In this document: positions 38,232-47,124 of the stretch, in pieces | Numbering within the stretch: the first letter of the stretch is position 1 | Layout of the letters: every line of letters starts with the position of its first letter | Notes under the pieces: generated by a model | Told to the model about the DNA's origin: nothing | The model's database searches: none | Seen by the model: the letters and a program-made list of their open reading frames with translations, nothing else | NCBI GenBank assembly: GCA_965223415.1 | Contig: OZ245002.1 | Span: 544,001-608,000, forward strand | Direction of reading: 5' to 3' | Source: Myxococcota bacterium | GTDB lineage: Bacteria > Myxococcota_A > UBA9160 > UBA6930 | Length of the DNA: 64,000 nt | Position numbers and translations under genes: made by a program

Positions 38232-39145
38232 GCGCCGCCCTCCAGGGCCGTGCCGGTGAGGGCGAGGAAGACGTCTTCCAGGTTGGTGGGGCGGAAGACC
38301 AGGCCCTCGGAATCGGCGCCAGCGCGACGGGCGGCCTCGAGGAGCGCCGGCCCGTCGTTGGCGTAGAGCATGAGACGGCGACCGGCCTCGAGGTGGCGCA
38401 CGCCGTTCAGACGCGCGAGCAGGCCGGCGTGCCGCCCGGGATCCTGGTCGAGCTCGACGGCGACGCGGGCCAGGTTGCCGTCGATCAGCTCCCGCGGCGT
38501 ACCCTCGACGAGCTTGCGCCCCTCGTCCAGGATGGCGAGGCGATCGCACAGGCGCTCGGCCTCGTCCATGTAGTGAGTCGTCACCAGCACGGTGGTGCCG
38601 CGGGCCCGGAGCTCGCCCACCCGCGACCAGAGGGCGAGGCGCACCGCCGGGTCGAGGCCGGTGGTCGGTTCGTCGAGCACCAGCAGCTCGGGCCGGTTCA
38701 TCAGCGAGAGCGCGATCGCCAGCCGACGCTGGAAGCCGCCGGACAGCACCTGCACCGGCAGGTGGGCGTGCGAGCGCAGGTCGAGGAAGTCGAGCAGGTC
38801 CTCGATGCGCGTCTCGATCTCGGCCTCCGAGAGCAGGTGGTAGCGGCCGAACACGCGCAGGTTGTCGACCGGAGTGAGCACCTCGATCAGCGCGTTCTCC
38901 TGCAGCGTCACGCCGAGACGCACGCGCACGCGGCGGGGTTCCTTCGTCACGTCCTCGCCGAAGACGTGCACCGTGCCCTCGCTTGGCGCCGTGACGCCGT
39001 AGATCATCTTCAGGGTCGTGGTCTTGCCGGCGCCGTTCGGCCCCAGGAGGCCGAAGCAGCCGCCGGCGGGGACCGAGAGATCCAGCTCCCGGACGACCGG
39101 CCGGCCCTCGAAGCGCTTCGTGACGCGATGGCAGGCAATGACCAC
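38228..39145 (-). CDS. ABC transporter ATP-binding protein (NodI-like)
   Basis: GPNGAGKTT, LSGG, LDEPTTGLD, TTHYMDEAE; start uncertain. Confidence 0.92.
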   Translation of the reverse strand: MVIACHRVTKRFEGRPVVRELDLSVPAGGCFGLLGPNGAGKTTTLKMIYGVTAPSEGTVHVFGEDVTKEPRRVRVRLGVTLQENALIEVLTPVDNLRVFGRYHLLSEAEIETRIEDLLDFLDLRSHAHLPVQVLSGGFQRRLAIALSLMNRPELLVLDEPTTGLDPAVRLALWSRVGELRARGTTVLVTTHYMDEAERLCDRLAILDEGRKLVEGTPRELIDGNLARVAVELDQDPGRHAGLLARLNGVRHLEAGRRLMLYANDGPALLEAARRAGADSEGLVFRPTNLEDVFLALTGTALEGGA

Positions 39146-39228
39146 GGCGGCGGAGAGTAGCCCGCTCCCGGATTTCAGCCGGGCAGCAGGCGTTCCGATG
39201 GGATGGCATCGCTTTGGGAGGAGTGAGC

Positions 39229-40041
39229 ATGGCGCAGCGTCCGCACATGGCGGAGATCGTCGACTGGTTTCGCGACCCGGCGCACACGCGGGCGATCGAG
39301 GCCTGTCCGCTGTGCGGCGGCGCACCGGAGCCCGAGCACGAGAACGCCTGGACGCGCCTCGACCGCTGCACCGGCTGCACCCACGTTTACAGTCGCCGGG
39401 CGCCCGGGCGGCGCATCCTCTCCCGCATGTACGCCGGCCGCGGGTACTGGGTTCACGACCGCGAGCATCAGGGGATCGACCGGGTCGGGCCGGGGAATCA
39501 ATGGGACGGCTTCCTCGCCGCGCGTCTCGGCGCCCTCGAGCGAGCGGGGTTGCTGGCCGGCAGCGCGCTGCGCTTCTACGAGATCGGCTGCTCGGAGGGA
39601 GCGCTGCTGGCGGAGCTGCGTCGTCGCGGGCATCAGGTCGCCGGCTGCGAGGCCAACGAAGACGTGGCCGGGATGGGACGCGCCGCCTACGACCTCGACA
39701 TCGACGCGCGCCCCTTCGAGACGATCCCGCTCGTGCCGGCGAGCGTCGACCGGGTGATCTCCTTCCACACCTTCGAGCACCTGGTCGATCCGGAGGGCGC
39801 GCTGGCGCGGGCGGCCGCGCTGCTCACCGACGACGGCCAGGTGCTGCTCGAGGTGCCCACGGGTCCGGAGGAGTACGGCAACATCGACCACCTCCACTTC
39901 TTCGAAGAGGCCTCCCTCGAAGGGATGCTGGGCCGGCACTTCCGGGACACCTCCCTCCTCGAGAACGGCTACCGCAACGGCGCCGGGACCCTGATCGGCT
40001 CGCTCTACGGCATCGGCCGCGTGCCGCGACGTCCGCGCTGA
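39229..40041 (+). CDS. Class I SAM-dependent methyltransferase with N-terminal CxxC...CxxC
   Basis: CPLC...CTGC, EIGCSEG motif I, FHTFEHL, EVP; RBS GGAGG. Confidence 0.82.
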   Translation: MAQRPHMAEIVDWFRDPAHTRAIEACPLCGGAPEPEHENAWTRLDRCTGCTHVYSRRAPGRRILSRMYAGRGYWVHDREHQGIDRVGPGNQWDGFLAARLGALERAGLLAGSALRFYEIGCSEGALLAELRRRGHQVAGCEANEDVAGMGRAAYDLDIDARPFETIPLVPASVDRVISFHTFEHLVDPEGALARAAALLTDDGQVLLEVPTGPEEYGNIDHLHFFEEASLEGMLGRHFRDTSLLENGYRNGAGTLIGSLYGIGRVPRRPR

Positions 40042-40067
40042 CGGAAGGGATTTCCTAGCCTGGGGCG

Positions 40068-40517
40068 ATGCCGCTCCGGGATCTCCAGCTCTCCCCGCGC
40101 CGCCGCGTCCCGGCCCGCCTGCTGCGGGCGCGGAGCGTGCGCGCCAGCGGGCCCGGCGGGCAGAACGTCAACAAGGTCGCCACCAAGGTGGATCTCTCCC
40201 TCGACCTCGAGGGCGCGGCGGAGGTGCTGGGCGAGACGCCCTTGGCGCGGATCCGCCGGGAGCTCGCCAGCCGCATCGGCGTCGACGGTCGCCTCCACGT
40301 CCAGGCCGGCCGCGCGCGCACCCGCGGCCGCAACCTCGAGGCGGCCCTCGGCCGCATGGAGACCCTCCTCCGCGAAGCCCTCACCGAAGCCCCCCGGAGA
40401 CGCCCTACCCGCCCAACCCGCGCCAGCCGCGAGCGCCGCCTCGCCGCGAAACGCCGCCAGTCCGAGAAGAAGCACCAGCGAGGGAGTGCTAGGAAGGGGG
40501 CCGGATCCGATTGTTAG
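40068..40517 (+). CDS. arfB: Alternative ribosome rescue peptidyl-tRNA hydrolase ArfB
   Basis: RASGPGGQNVNKV; basic C-terminal tail RRPTRPTRASRERRL. Confidence 0.9.
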   Translation: MPLRDLQLSPRRRVPARLLRARSVRASGPGGQNVNKVATKVDLSLDLEGAAEVLGETPLARIRRELASRIGVDGRLHVQAGRARTRGRNLEAALGRMETLLREALTEAPRRRPTRPTRASRERRLAAKRRQSEKKHQRGSARKGAGSDC

Positions 40518-40559
40518 GTCGTGACAACTTAACAATCGGATCCGGCCCCCTTCTTAACG
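40493..40559. repeat. Type A repeat as an inverted pair (24-bp perfect stem 40493-40516/40530-40553); full copy at 40524-40559
   Basis: ACAACTTAACAATCGGATCCGGCCCCCTTCTTAACG is 31/36 identical to 22349-22384 and is preceded by an inverted partial copy. Confidence 0.88.
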
Positions 40560-40958
40560 CCAGTGGAAGTGGGTGGTGATCTGGGTGTCGGGGTGGAGGC
40601 TGCGGTGGACGGGGCAGGTGTGGGCGGCGCGTTCGAGGACCTTGCGGGCGTCCTGGGGGATGCCGGCGGGGAGCTCGAAGCGGACGTCGAGGCGGCCGAT
40701 GCGGCGCTCCGGATCGGCGACCATGTGCTTCTCAACGGCGACGCTGGCCCCCTCCAGCGGCCAGGCGTGGCGGCGGGCGACGATGCCCATCACGGTGAGC
40801 ATGCAGCTGCCGAGGGCGGTGGCCAGCAAATCGGTGGGGGAGAAGGCCTCGCCGCGGCCCTCGTTGTCCTTGGGCGCGTCGGTGGCCAGCTCGGCTCCGG
40901 AGGGATGCCGGGCGCTCGTGTGGAGCTCGCCTTCGTAGCGAAGGTCGATCTTCAGCAC
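40554..40958 (-). CDS. OsmC family protein
   Basis: TDAPKDNEGRGEAFSPTDL, LGSCM, CPVHRSL. Confidence 0.9.
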   Translation of the reverse strand: MLKIDLRYEGELHTSARHPSGAELATDAPKDNEGRGEAFSPTDLLATALGSCMLTVMGIVARRHAWPLEGASVAVEKHMVADPERRIGRLDVRFELPAGIPQDARKVLERAAHTCPVHRSLHPDTQITTHFHWR

Positions 40959-42361
40959 GTCGGCCACTCCGGATGCCAGGGCCGCTCGCGCTCGAAGGCG
41001 AGTGCGGCCTGCAGCACGAGATCGTCCCGGTGGCGCGGCCCCACGATCTGCAGCCCGATCGGCAGCCCGGCCTTCGAGATCCCGGCCCGCACCGTCGCCG
41101 CCGGGTGCCAGGACAGGTTGAACGGGATCGTGAAGGCGGCCACGCCGGCGGGCGGCTGCTTCCTGCCCTCGGTCTCCGCCGGGAACGGCCCCCGGGCCGG
41201 CGGCGGATCGTAGGGCACGGTCGGCGTGAGCAGGAAGTCGACCTCCGAGAAGAGCTCGGCGCACCACTCATTCAGCTTCATGCGCTGCTCGGACATGCGC
41301 CCCCAGATCTCCGGCGTCATCGCCGAGGCGGCCTTCACGCCCTGGATGAAGGTGCGGCCGAACTCCGTCTCCCGCTCCGGCAGGTAGCGGCCCAGCTTGC
41401 CGGCCAGCTCGAAGGAGCCCATCAGCCCCCACTCGCGACCCATCAGCGGCGGCCCGCCGGCCACCGGCACCAGCTTGTGACCCGCCTTCTCGAAGGCGGT
41501 CACCGCGTCCTCGAAGCAGGCGGCGATGTCGGACTGCACGACCGCATAGCCGAGATCCGGCGACACCCCGAAGCGCGTGCCCGAAGGCAACGCCTCCGCC
41601 AGCGCCTCCACGTAGGAGCAGCCCGGGTGGGGCAGCGACTTCGGATCGCAGGGCGACGCGCCCGCCACCTGATCGAGGAAGAGCGCGCCGTCCGTGACGG
41701 TCTTCGTCGTCGGCCCATACACCGAGGTGTCCCCGTGGTTCCACGAGTCCATGGGCCCCCTCGGCACCCGGCCGAAGGAAACCTTCAGGCCGAACGCCCC
41801 GACGAAGCTCGCGGGAATGCGGATCGAGCCGCCGCCGTCGGACGACGTCACCAGCGGGCACACCGAGCCCGCCAGCACCGCCGCCGACCCGCCACTCGAG
41901 CCGCCCGGGGTGCGCTCGAGATCCCACGGCGAGCGGGTCACACCGTAGACGAGGTTCTTGGTAATCGCCGTGTAGCCGAACTCCGGCGCATTCGTCTTGC
42001 CCACCAGGATTGCACCAGCGCCGCGCAGTCGTGCCACCTGGGTGCTGTCGCGCTCGGCGATCCGGTCCTTGTACACCAGGCAGCCCTCGGTGTTGGGCAG
42101 GCCCTCCGCATCCTCCAGGTCCTTCACGCCCAGGGGCACGCCCTCGAGCGGGCGGGCGTCGCCGGCCGCGATGCGCTCGTCGGCGGCGCGGGCGTCGGCG
42201 AGGATCGCCTCCCGGTCCCGCAGGGCCACGAAGGCGTTCAGGTCGTCGTTCGTCGCATCGACGCGCGCCAGCACGGCTTCGGCCAGCTCGACGGAGGAGA
42301 GCTTGCGATCGCGCAGAGAGGCGGTGAGGTCGGTGAGGGACAAGTCGAGGGGTGTGCTCAT
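40952..42361 (-). CDS. Amidase signature family protein
   Basis: GVKDL, GKTNAPEFG, PGGSSGGS, SDGGGSIRIPAS. Confidence 0.93.
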   Translation of the reverse strand: MSTPLDLSLTDLTASLRDRKLSSVELAEAVLARVDATNDDLNAFVALRDREAILADARAADERIAAGDARPLEGVPLGVKDLEDAEGLPNTEGCLVYKDRIAERDSTQVARLRGAGAILVGKTNAPEFGYTAITKNLVYGVTRSPWDLERTPGGSSGGSAAVLAGSVCPLVTSSDGGGSIRIPASFVGAFGLKVSFGRVPRGPMDSWNHGDTSVYGPTTKTVTDGALFLDQVAGASPCDPKSLPHPGCSYVEALAEALPSGTRFGVSPDLGYAVVQSDIAACFEDAVTAFEKAGHKLVPVAGGPPLMGREWGLMGSFELAGKLGRYLPERETEFGRTFIQGVKAASAMTPEIWGRMSEQRMKLNEWCAELFSEVDFLLTPTVPYDPPPARGPFPAETEGRKQPPAGVAAFTIPFNLSWHPAATVRAGISKAGLPIGLQIVGPRHRDDLVLQAALAFERERPWHPEWPTC

Positions 42362-42383
42362 CCCGGGAGGATATCGCGGTCCT

Positions 42384-43739
42384 TCAGCCGGCGGGCGTCG
42401 AAGCCGGCCTCGGGTGTCGGTTCGCTGATGGGGGGCTCCGGGGCGCATCAGGGTGGCCGGGCAGATCGACTTCGATCACCGTGCCGCCGCCCTCCCGGGC
42501 GCAGGCGGAGGCGTCGCCGCCGTGGTGGCGGGCGATCTGCCGCACGATGGCGAGGCCGAGGCCCAGGCCGCGCCCGTCGGCGGCGGCGCGGCCCCGTGCG
42601 AAGGGATCGAAGACCGCCTCGCGTTCATCCTCCGGAATGCCCGGGCCGCGATCGGCGACGCAGAGGCGCACGCCCGGGCCATCAGGCTGGGCGCCGACGG
42701 CGATCTCGACCGGCGAGCCCGGCGCGTGGCGCTCGGCATTGGCGATCAGGTTGCGCAGCAGATGACGGAGGCTGCGGGCATCACCGATCACCGCCGGCGG
42801 AGCGGCCCCGTCACCCGACACCGTGACGGAGCCGGACGTGGGGGCGGCCACCTCCGCGGCCAGGGCGAGGAGATCCACCGGCTCGTGGGCCGCCGTGGTA
42901 TCGAGCAGGTCGAGCCGGCTCACGACCAGGAGCTCCTCGACACCGGCGTCGAGCTCGGCGACGTCGGCGGCGAGCTGCCCGCGCAGCTCCGAGAGGCGTT
43001 CCGACGAGAGGGCGGTGTCGTCGCCGAGGATCTCCGCCGCGACCCGGAGGCGGGCGAGAGGCGAGCGAAGCTCGTGGGAGGCGCTCGCCAGGAGTGTGCG
43101 CTGGGCGCCGACCAGCGCTTCGATGCGCTCGGCCGCGCGGTTGAAGCTCTGGGCGAGGCGCGCCACCTCGTCGCGGCCTTCGATCGGCGCGCGAGCCTGG
43201 AGCTCCCCCTGGCCGAGCGCGTCGACGCTCGCCGAGAGGCGCTCGAGGCGGCGGGTGATCCCCCTGGCCACCGGGTAGGCGCCGGCTCCGAGCGCGAGAG
43301 CGAAGAGGCCGAGCATGGCGAGGCCGTGCCAGCCGGGCCCGCGGTCGGGCCCGAGCTGGGCCACGACCCAACGCCCGTCGGAGAGCGGAAGCGCGGCGGC
43401 GGGCGGGCCGCGGCGCCGCCCCCGGAGCCAGTGGGCGTGAGCCTCATGGAGGCGCGGCATCGGCACGAAGGGACCGGCCTCGGCCAGGCGGCGTCCCTCG
43501 CGGTCGAACACGGCGAGTCCGGAGTCGAAGGCAACGGCGAAGCGATCCAGTCGCTCCTGCAGGGCGTCACCGTGCATCGCGTCCGGTGGCAGCAGCAGCT
43601 CCACGGCAGTGGCCACGTCCGCCAGGGGCTGGCGGTGGCGGCCGTCGTCCACGGCCCAGAAGAGCAGGACCGAGAGCGCGAAGAAGATCAGCACCACCGC
43701 CACGAAGGCCAGGTAGATGCGCAGGGAGAGCCGGCTCAC
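42384..43739 (-). CDS. HAMP-domain sensor histidine kinase
   Basis: Two TM segments, HAMP, SHELRSPL, NLIANA, DRGPGI, GLGLGL. Confidence 0.9.
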   Translation of the reverse strand: MSRLSLRIYLAFVAVVLIFFALSVLLFWAVDDGRHRQPLADVATAVELLLPPDAMHGDALQERLDRFAVAFDSGLAVFDREGRRLAEAGPFVPMPRLHEAHAHWLRGRRRGPPAAALPLSDGRWVVAQLGPDRGPGWHGLAMLGLFALALGAGAYPVARGITRRLERLSASVDALGQGELQARAPIEGRDEVARLAQSFNRAAERIEALVGAQRTLLASASHELRSPLARLRVAAEILGDDTALSSERLSELRGQLAADVAELDAGVEELLVVSRLDLLDTTAAHEPVDLLALAAEVAAPTSGSVTVSGDGAAPPAVIGDARSLRHLLRNLIANAERHAPGSPVEIAVGAQPDGPGVRLCVADRGPGIPEDEREAVFDPFARGRAAADGRGLGLGLAIVRQIARHHGGDASACAREGGGTVIEVDLPGHPDAPRSPPSANRHPRPASTPAG

Positions 43740-44461
43740 GGCACCGGCTCGTCCTGCTTCGACGCGAACACGTAGCCGGCGCCGCGCACGGTGAGGATGC
43801 GGCGCGGCTTCTTCGGGTCGTCCTCGATCGCCGCCCGGATGCGCGACACGTGCACGTCGATGCTGCGGTCGAAGGCCTCGAGATCGCGGCCGGCGAGGCG
43901 CGCCATGATCGCCTCGCGGCTCTGCACCCGGCCCGGCCGGTCCGCCAGCACGCACAGGAGATCGAACTGGTGGCTCGTCAGCTCGCGCTCCACACCGTCG
44001 ACGCGCACCCGGCGGGCACCGCGGTCGATCTCCAGGCGGCCGAAGCGCAGCACGTTCCCGGCCTCCGGCGATGCCGAGCCGCGGCGCAGGACGGCGCGCG
44101 CCCGGGCCAACAGCTCGCGGGGATTGAAGGGCTTGGGCAGGTAGTCGTCGGCGCCGAGCTCGAGGCCGACGATGCGGTCCGTCTCCTCGCCGCGCGCGGT
44201 GAGCATGACGATCGGCAGGCCCGCGGCCGCGTCGCCCGCCTCCCGGGCGCGGATGCGGCGGCACAGCTCCATGCCGTCGCCGTCCGGCAGCATCACGTCG
44301 AGGAGCAGCAGGTCGTAGGCGGCGCCCGGGGCCCGGAGGGCGCGGAGGCCGTCCGCAACGCTCGCACGGGCCTCGACGGCGAAGCCGGCCTCGGCCAGGT
44401 AGTCGGAGAGCATGCGGGCCAGCTCCACGTCGTCGTCGATGAGAAGGATGCGCGGCGCCAC
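43736..44461 (-). CDS. OmpR/CpxR-family response regulator
   Basis: LLIDDD, LDVMLP, GADDYLPKPF, DRSIDVHVSRIR, TVRGAGY. Confidence 0.93.
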   Translation of the reverse strand: MAPRILLIDDDVELARMLSDYLAEAGFAVEARASVADGLRALRAPGAAYDLLLLDVMLPDGDGMELCRRIRAREAGDAAAGLPIVMLTARGEETDRIVGLELGADDYLPKPFNPRELLARARAVLRRGSASPEAGNVLRFGRLEIDRGARRVRVDGVERELTSHQFDLLCVLADRPGRVQSREAIMARLAGRDLEAFDRSIDVHVSRIRAAIEDDPKKPRRILTVRGAGYVFASKQDEPVP

Positions 44462-44517
44462 CCCGGGACCGTGCGGCGGCCGGGCGGCCGCCGCCAGTCC
44501 CGGGGCGGCGGCGGGGC

Positions 44518-45000
44518 TCAGTGCCCGTGCCCCCAGCGGCCGCGGCGCTCCTCGTGCTCGGCGATCAGCGTGGTGCGTTGCTCCGGCGTCAGCACGTCGG
44601 CCACCCGCACGAACGCGTCCATGGCCTGCTTCGAGCCCTGCTCGAAGCGGGTCAGGGCGTCGGCGCGCAGCGCCTCGATCGCCTCGCGGTCAACCGTCGT
44701 GCCCGAGAGCGCGGCAGAGAGCTCGGCGTGACGGCCCTCGCGGTCGCCGCGCAGGCCGCGCATCTCCTCGATCGCGGCCTTGGCGATGGCCGTGATCTCG
44801 TCGAGCTGCTCGTCCGTCGGATCCGCACTCCGCAGCATCCAGCGCGCGCCGTGCCGCAGATGCTCCTCGTCGACCTCCCCGTCGCCATGGAACATGCCGT
44901 GGGGTCCGTGGCCGTGGTGCCGCCCACACGCGCTCGCCCCGAGCAGCACGAAGCCGAGCAGCCCGATCACCGCCGTCCCGATCCAAACCTTGCGTCGCAT
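44518..45000 (-). CDS. Spy/CpxP-like periplasmic (lipo)protein, His-rich
   Basis: Signal with GASAC lipobox-like site; PTDEQL and VLTPEQR (LTxxQ) motifs; directly upstream of a two-component system. Confidence 0.75.
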   Translation of the reverse strand: MRRKVWIGTAVIGLLGFVLLGASACGRHHGHGPHGMFHGDGEVDEEHLRHGARWMLRSADPTDEQLDEITAIAKAAIEEMRGLRGDREGRHAELSAALSGTTVDREAIEALRADALTRFEQGSKQAMDAFVRVADVLTPEQRTTLIAEHEERRGRWGHGH

Positions 45001-45065
45001 CCGATGTCCTCCCGGGCGCTGGAAGAGAACATCGCCCCCCCACGTATCCCCACCCGGTCCGCCCC

Positions 45066-45080
45066 GTAAAGAAATGTGAA
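45066..45080. promoter_or_regulatory. CpxR-box-like tandem site
   Basis: GTAAA-GAAAT-GTGAA versus the consensus GTAAA-N5-GTAAA, about 65 bp upstream of the Spy/CpxP-like gene. Confidence 0.5.
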
Positions 45081-45160
45081 GAAACGGGGCCGGAGTTAAG
45101 AATGAAGAAACTCTTTCCGGAAGGGACAACTGAATTCTTAACTCTGGCCCCGTTTCTTCA
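45077..45160. repeat. Type B inverted repeat, copy 2 (imperfect)
   Basis: Left arm TGAAGAAACGGGGCCGGAGTTAAGAAT; right arm 45128-45160 identical to 34835-34867. Confidence 0.9.
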
Positions 45161-46124
45161 TTCCGGCGGATTCGTAGGCTTGGTCGATGGCGGCCATGTT
45201 GGCGATGGCGTCGGGGCGACCGCCCCAGAGCGGGGTGTAGGGGGCGCCGCGGTCGAGGTCGGTGAGGAAGGCTTCGAGCTGGTAGGCGAAGGTGAGCCGT
45301 CGCGTGAGCTCGTAGCGCTCGGCGGGGCGGGCGGAGCGCTCCAGGGTGATCTCGTGGCCGATCATCGGCGCCTGGAAGCGGGTCACCTGGAGGCGCAGGC
45401 GCGGGCCGCGGGCGCGGAAGACGGTCTCGAAGGGCGTGCCGCGGCCCATGGCGACGCGGAAGCGCCCGGTCGCTCCGCCGGGAAAGCCGAGCATGCCCTC
45501 CATCTTCACGTCGATGCCGGGCGGCCCCTGCATCGCCTGCGCCTCGATGCGCTCCGGCTCCGCTCCCGCGGCCATGCGCAGGACGTGCAGCGTGTAGCAG
45601 CCCAGGTCCATCGTCGCGCCGCCCGCCAGGGAGAGATCGAAGCGGATGTCGTCTTCGGGAATCGGCGCGGTAAAGACCGCCTCGAGCTCGTCCACCTCCT
45701 CGCCCCGGCACACCTCGCGAATGTGGGCCGCCACCGGGTGATACGCGTAGTGGATGGCCTCCATCAGCAGCAGACCGCGACGCTCCGCCTCGTCGAAGAG
45801 CGAGGCCGCCTCTTCCGCGTTCGCGGCCAGCGGCTTCTCGCACAGCACGTGCTTGCCGGCCCGCAGTGCGGCCAGGGTCCAGGCCCCGTGGAGACCGTTC
45901 GGTAGCGGGTTGTAGACCGCGTCGAGATCCGCGCGGGCGATGAGAGCCTCATAGCTCTCTGCGACCTCGGGAATCCGGTGCGTCTCCGCGTACGCCCGAG
46001 CCCGCTCCGGATCCCGGGCCGCCACCGCGACCACCTTGGCTCCGGGATGCTCGGCGCAGGGCGCCAGGAGGGCCTTCGGCGCGATCTTCGCCGCACCGAG
46101 CACACCGAAGCGGATGGGCTGCAT
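45138..46124 (-). CDS. Gfo/Idh/MocA family oxidoreductase
   Basis: FGVLGAAKIA, YNPLPNGLH, KHVLCEKP, GGATMDLGCY. Confidence 0.92.
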   Translation of the reverse strand: MQPIRFGVLGAAKIAPKALLAPCAEHPGAKVVAVAARDPERARAYAETHRIPEVAESYEALIARADLDAVYNPLPNGLHGAWTLAALRAGKHVLCEKPLAANAEEAASLFDEAERRGLLLMEAIHYAYHPVAAHIREVCRGEEVDELEAVFTAPIPEDDIRFDLSLAGGATMDLGCYTLHVLRMAAGAEPERIEAQAMQGPPGIDVKMEGMLGFPGGATGRFRVAMGRGTPFETVFRARGPRLRLQVTRFQAPMIGHEITLERSARPAERYELTRRLTFAYQLEAFLTDLDRGAPYTPLWGGRPDAIANMAAIDQAYESAGMKKRGQS

Positions 46125-46167
46125 GCCGAGAGCCTAGGCTACGCTGCCCCCCTTCCAGGAGGCCCCC

Positions 46168-47124
46168 ATGACCGATCGCAGCCGCTTCGATCACGAAACC
46201 ACCACCGACCAGGTGCTCGACGGCATCGACCTCTCCGGAAGGGTCGCCATCGTGACGGGCTCCTCCGGCGGCCTGGGCGCCGAAGCGGCCCGCGCCCTCG
46301 CCTCCAAGGGCTGCGCCGTCACGATCACCGCCCGTGACGTTCCGAAGGGCGAGACCGTGGCGACCGGCATCCGCGAGAGCACCGGCAACCCGGCCGTCGA
46401 GGTGCGGCCCCTCGAGCTCGGCTCGCCGGAGAGCATCCGCCAGTTCGCCAAGGGCTGGCTCGCCGATCACGACGCCCTGCACATCCTCCTGAACAACGCG
46501 GGCGTCATGGCCTGCCCCCTCGAGCGCACCGAGCAGGGCTTCGAGCTGCAGTTCGGCACCAACCACCTCGGCCACTTCCTGCTGACGGGCCTGCTGGCCC
46601 CCGCGCTCGTCGCGGGCGCACCGTCCCGGGTGGTGTGCGTGAGCTCCGGCGGCCACCGCTTCTCGCCGGTGGTGTTCGAGGATCCGAACTACGAGAGCCG
46701 CCCCTACGACAAATGGGAATCCTACGGCCAGGCGAAGACCGCGAACATCCTCCACGCGGTGGAGCTCGACCGGCGGCTCAGGGACAGGGGCGTGCGCGCC
46801 TACGCCATCCACCCCGGTGGGATCATGACCGAGCTCGGCCGCCACCTGACCCAGGAAGACATCCAGATGCTGACCGGCCGCACCAAGGGCTCCGGCCTCA
46901 CCTGGAAGGAGATCCCGGCCGGCGCAGCCACCGAGGTCTACGCCGCCACCGCGCCGGAGCTGACGGACCGCGGCGGCGTCTACCTCGAGGACTGCGGCAT
47001 CGCCCCGGTGAGCGACGACCTCGGGACGTCGAGCGGAGTCGCCTCCTACGCCCTCGACGCGGACAACGCGCGGCGGCTGTGGGAGGCCTCGGAGGCGCTC
47101 GTCGGCCAGAGCTTCGACCTCTAG
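46168..47124 (+). CDS. SDR family oxidoreductase (retinol dehydrogenase/WWOX-like)
   Basis: TGSSGGLG, NNAGVM, QFGTNHLGHF, YGQAK, HPGGI. Confidence 0.92.
   Translation: MTDRSRFDHETTTDQVLDGIDLSGRVAIVTGSSGGLGAEAARALASKGCAVTITARDVPKGETVATGIRESTGNPAVEVRPLELGSPESIRQFAKGWLADHDALHILLNNAGVMACPLERTEQGFELQFGTNHLGHFLLTGLLAPALVAGAPSRVVCVSSGGHRFSPVVFEDPNYESRPYDKWESYGQAKTANILHAVELDRRLRDRGVRAYAIHPGGIMTELGRHLTQEDIQMLTGRTKGSGLTWKEIPAGAATEVYAATAPELTDRGGVYLEDCGIAPVSDDLGTSSGVASYALDADNARRLWEASEALVGQSFDL

Noticed and set aside
37464..39145. Nod-factor export (nodIJ)
   Set aside because: The similarity is at family level only, and there are no nodABC-like genes in the window.
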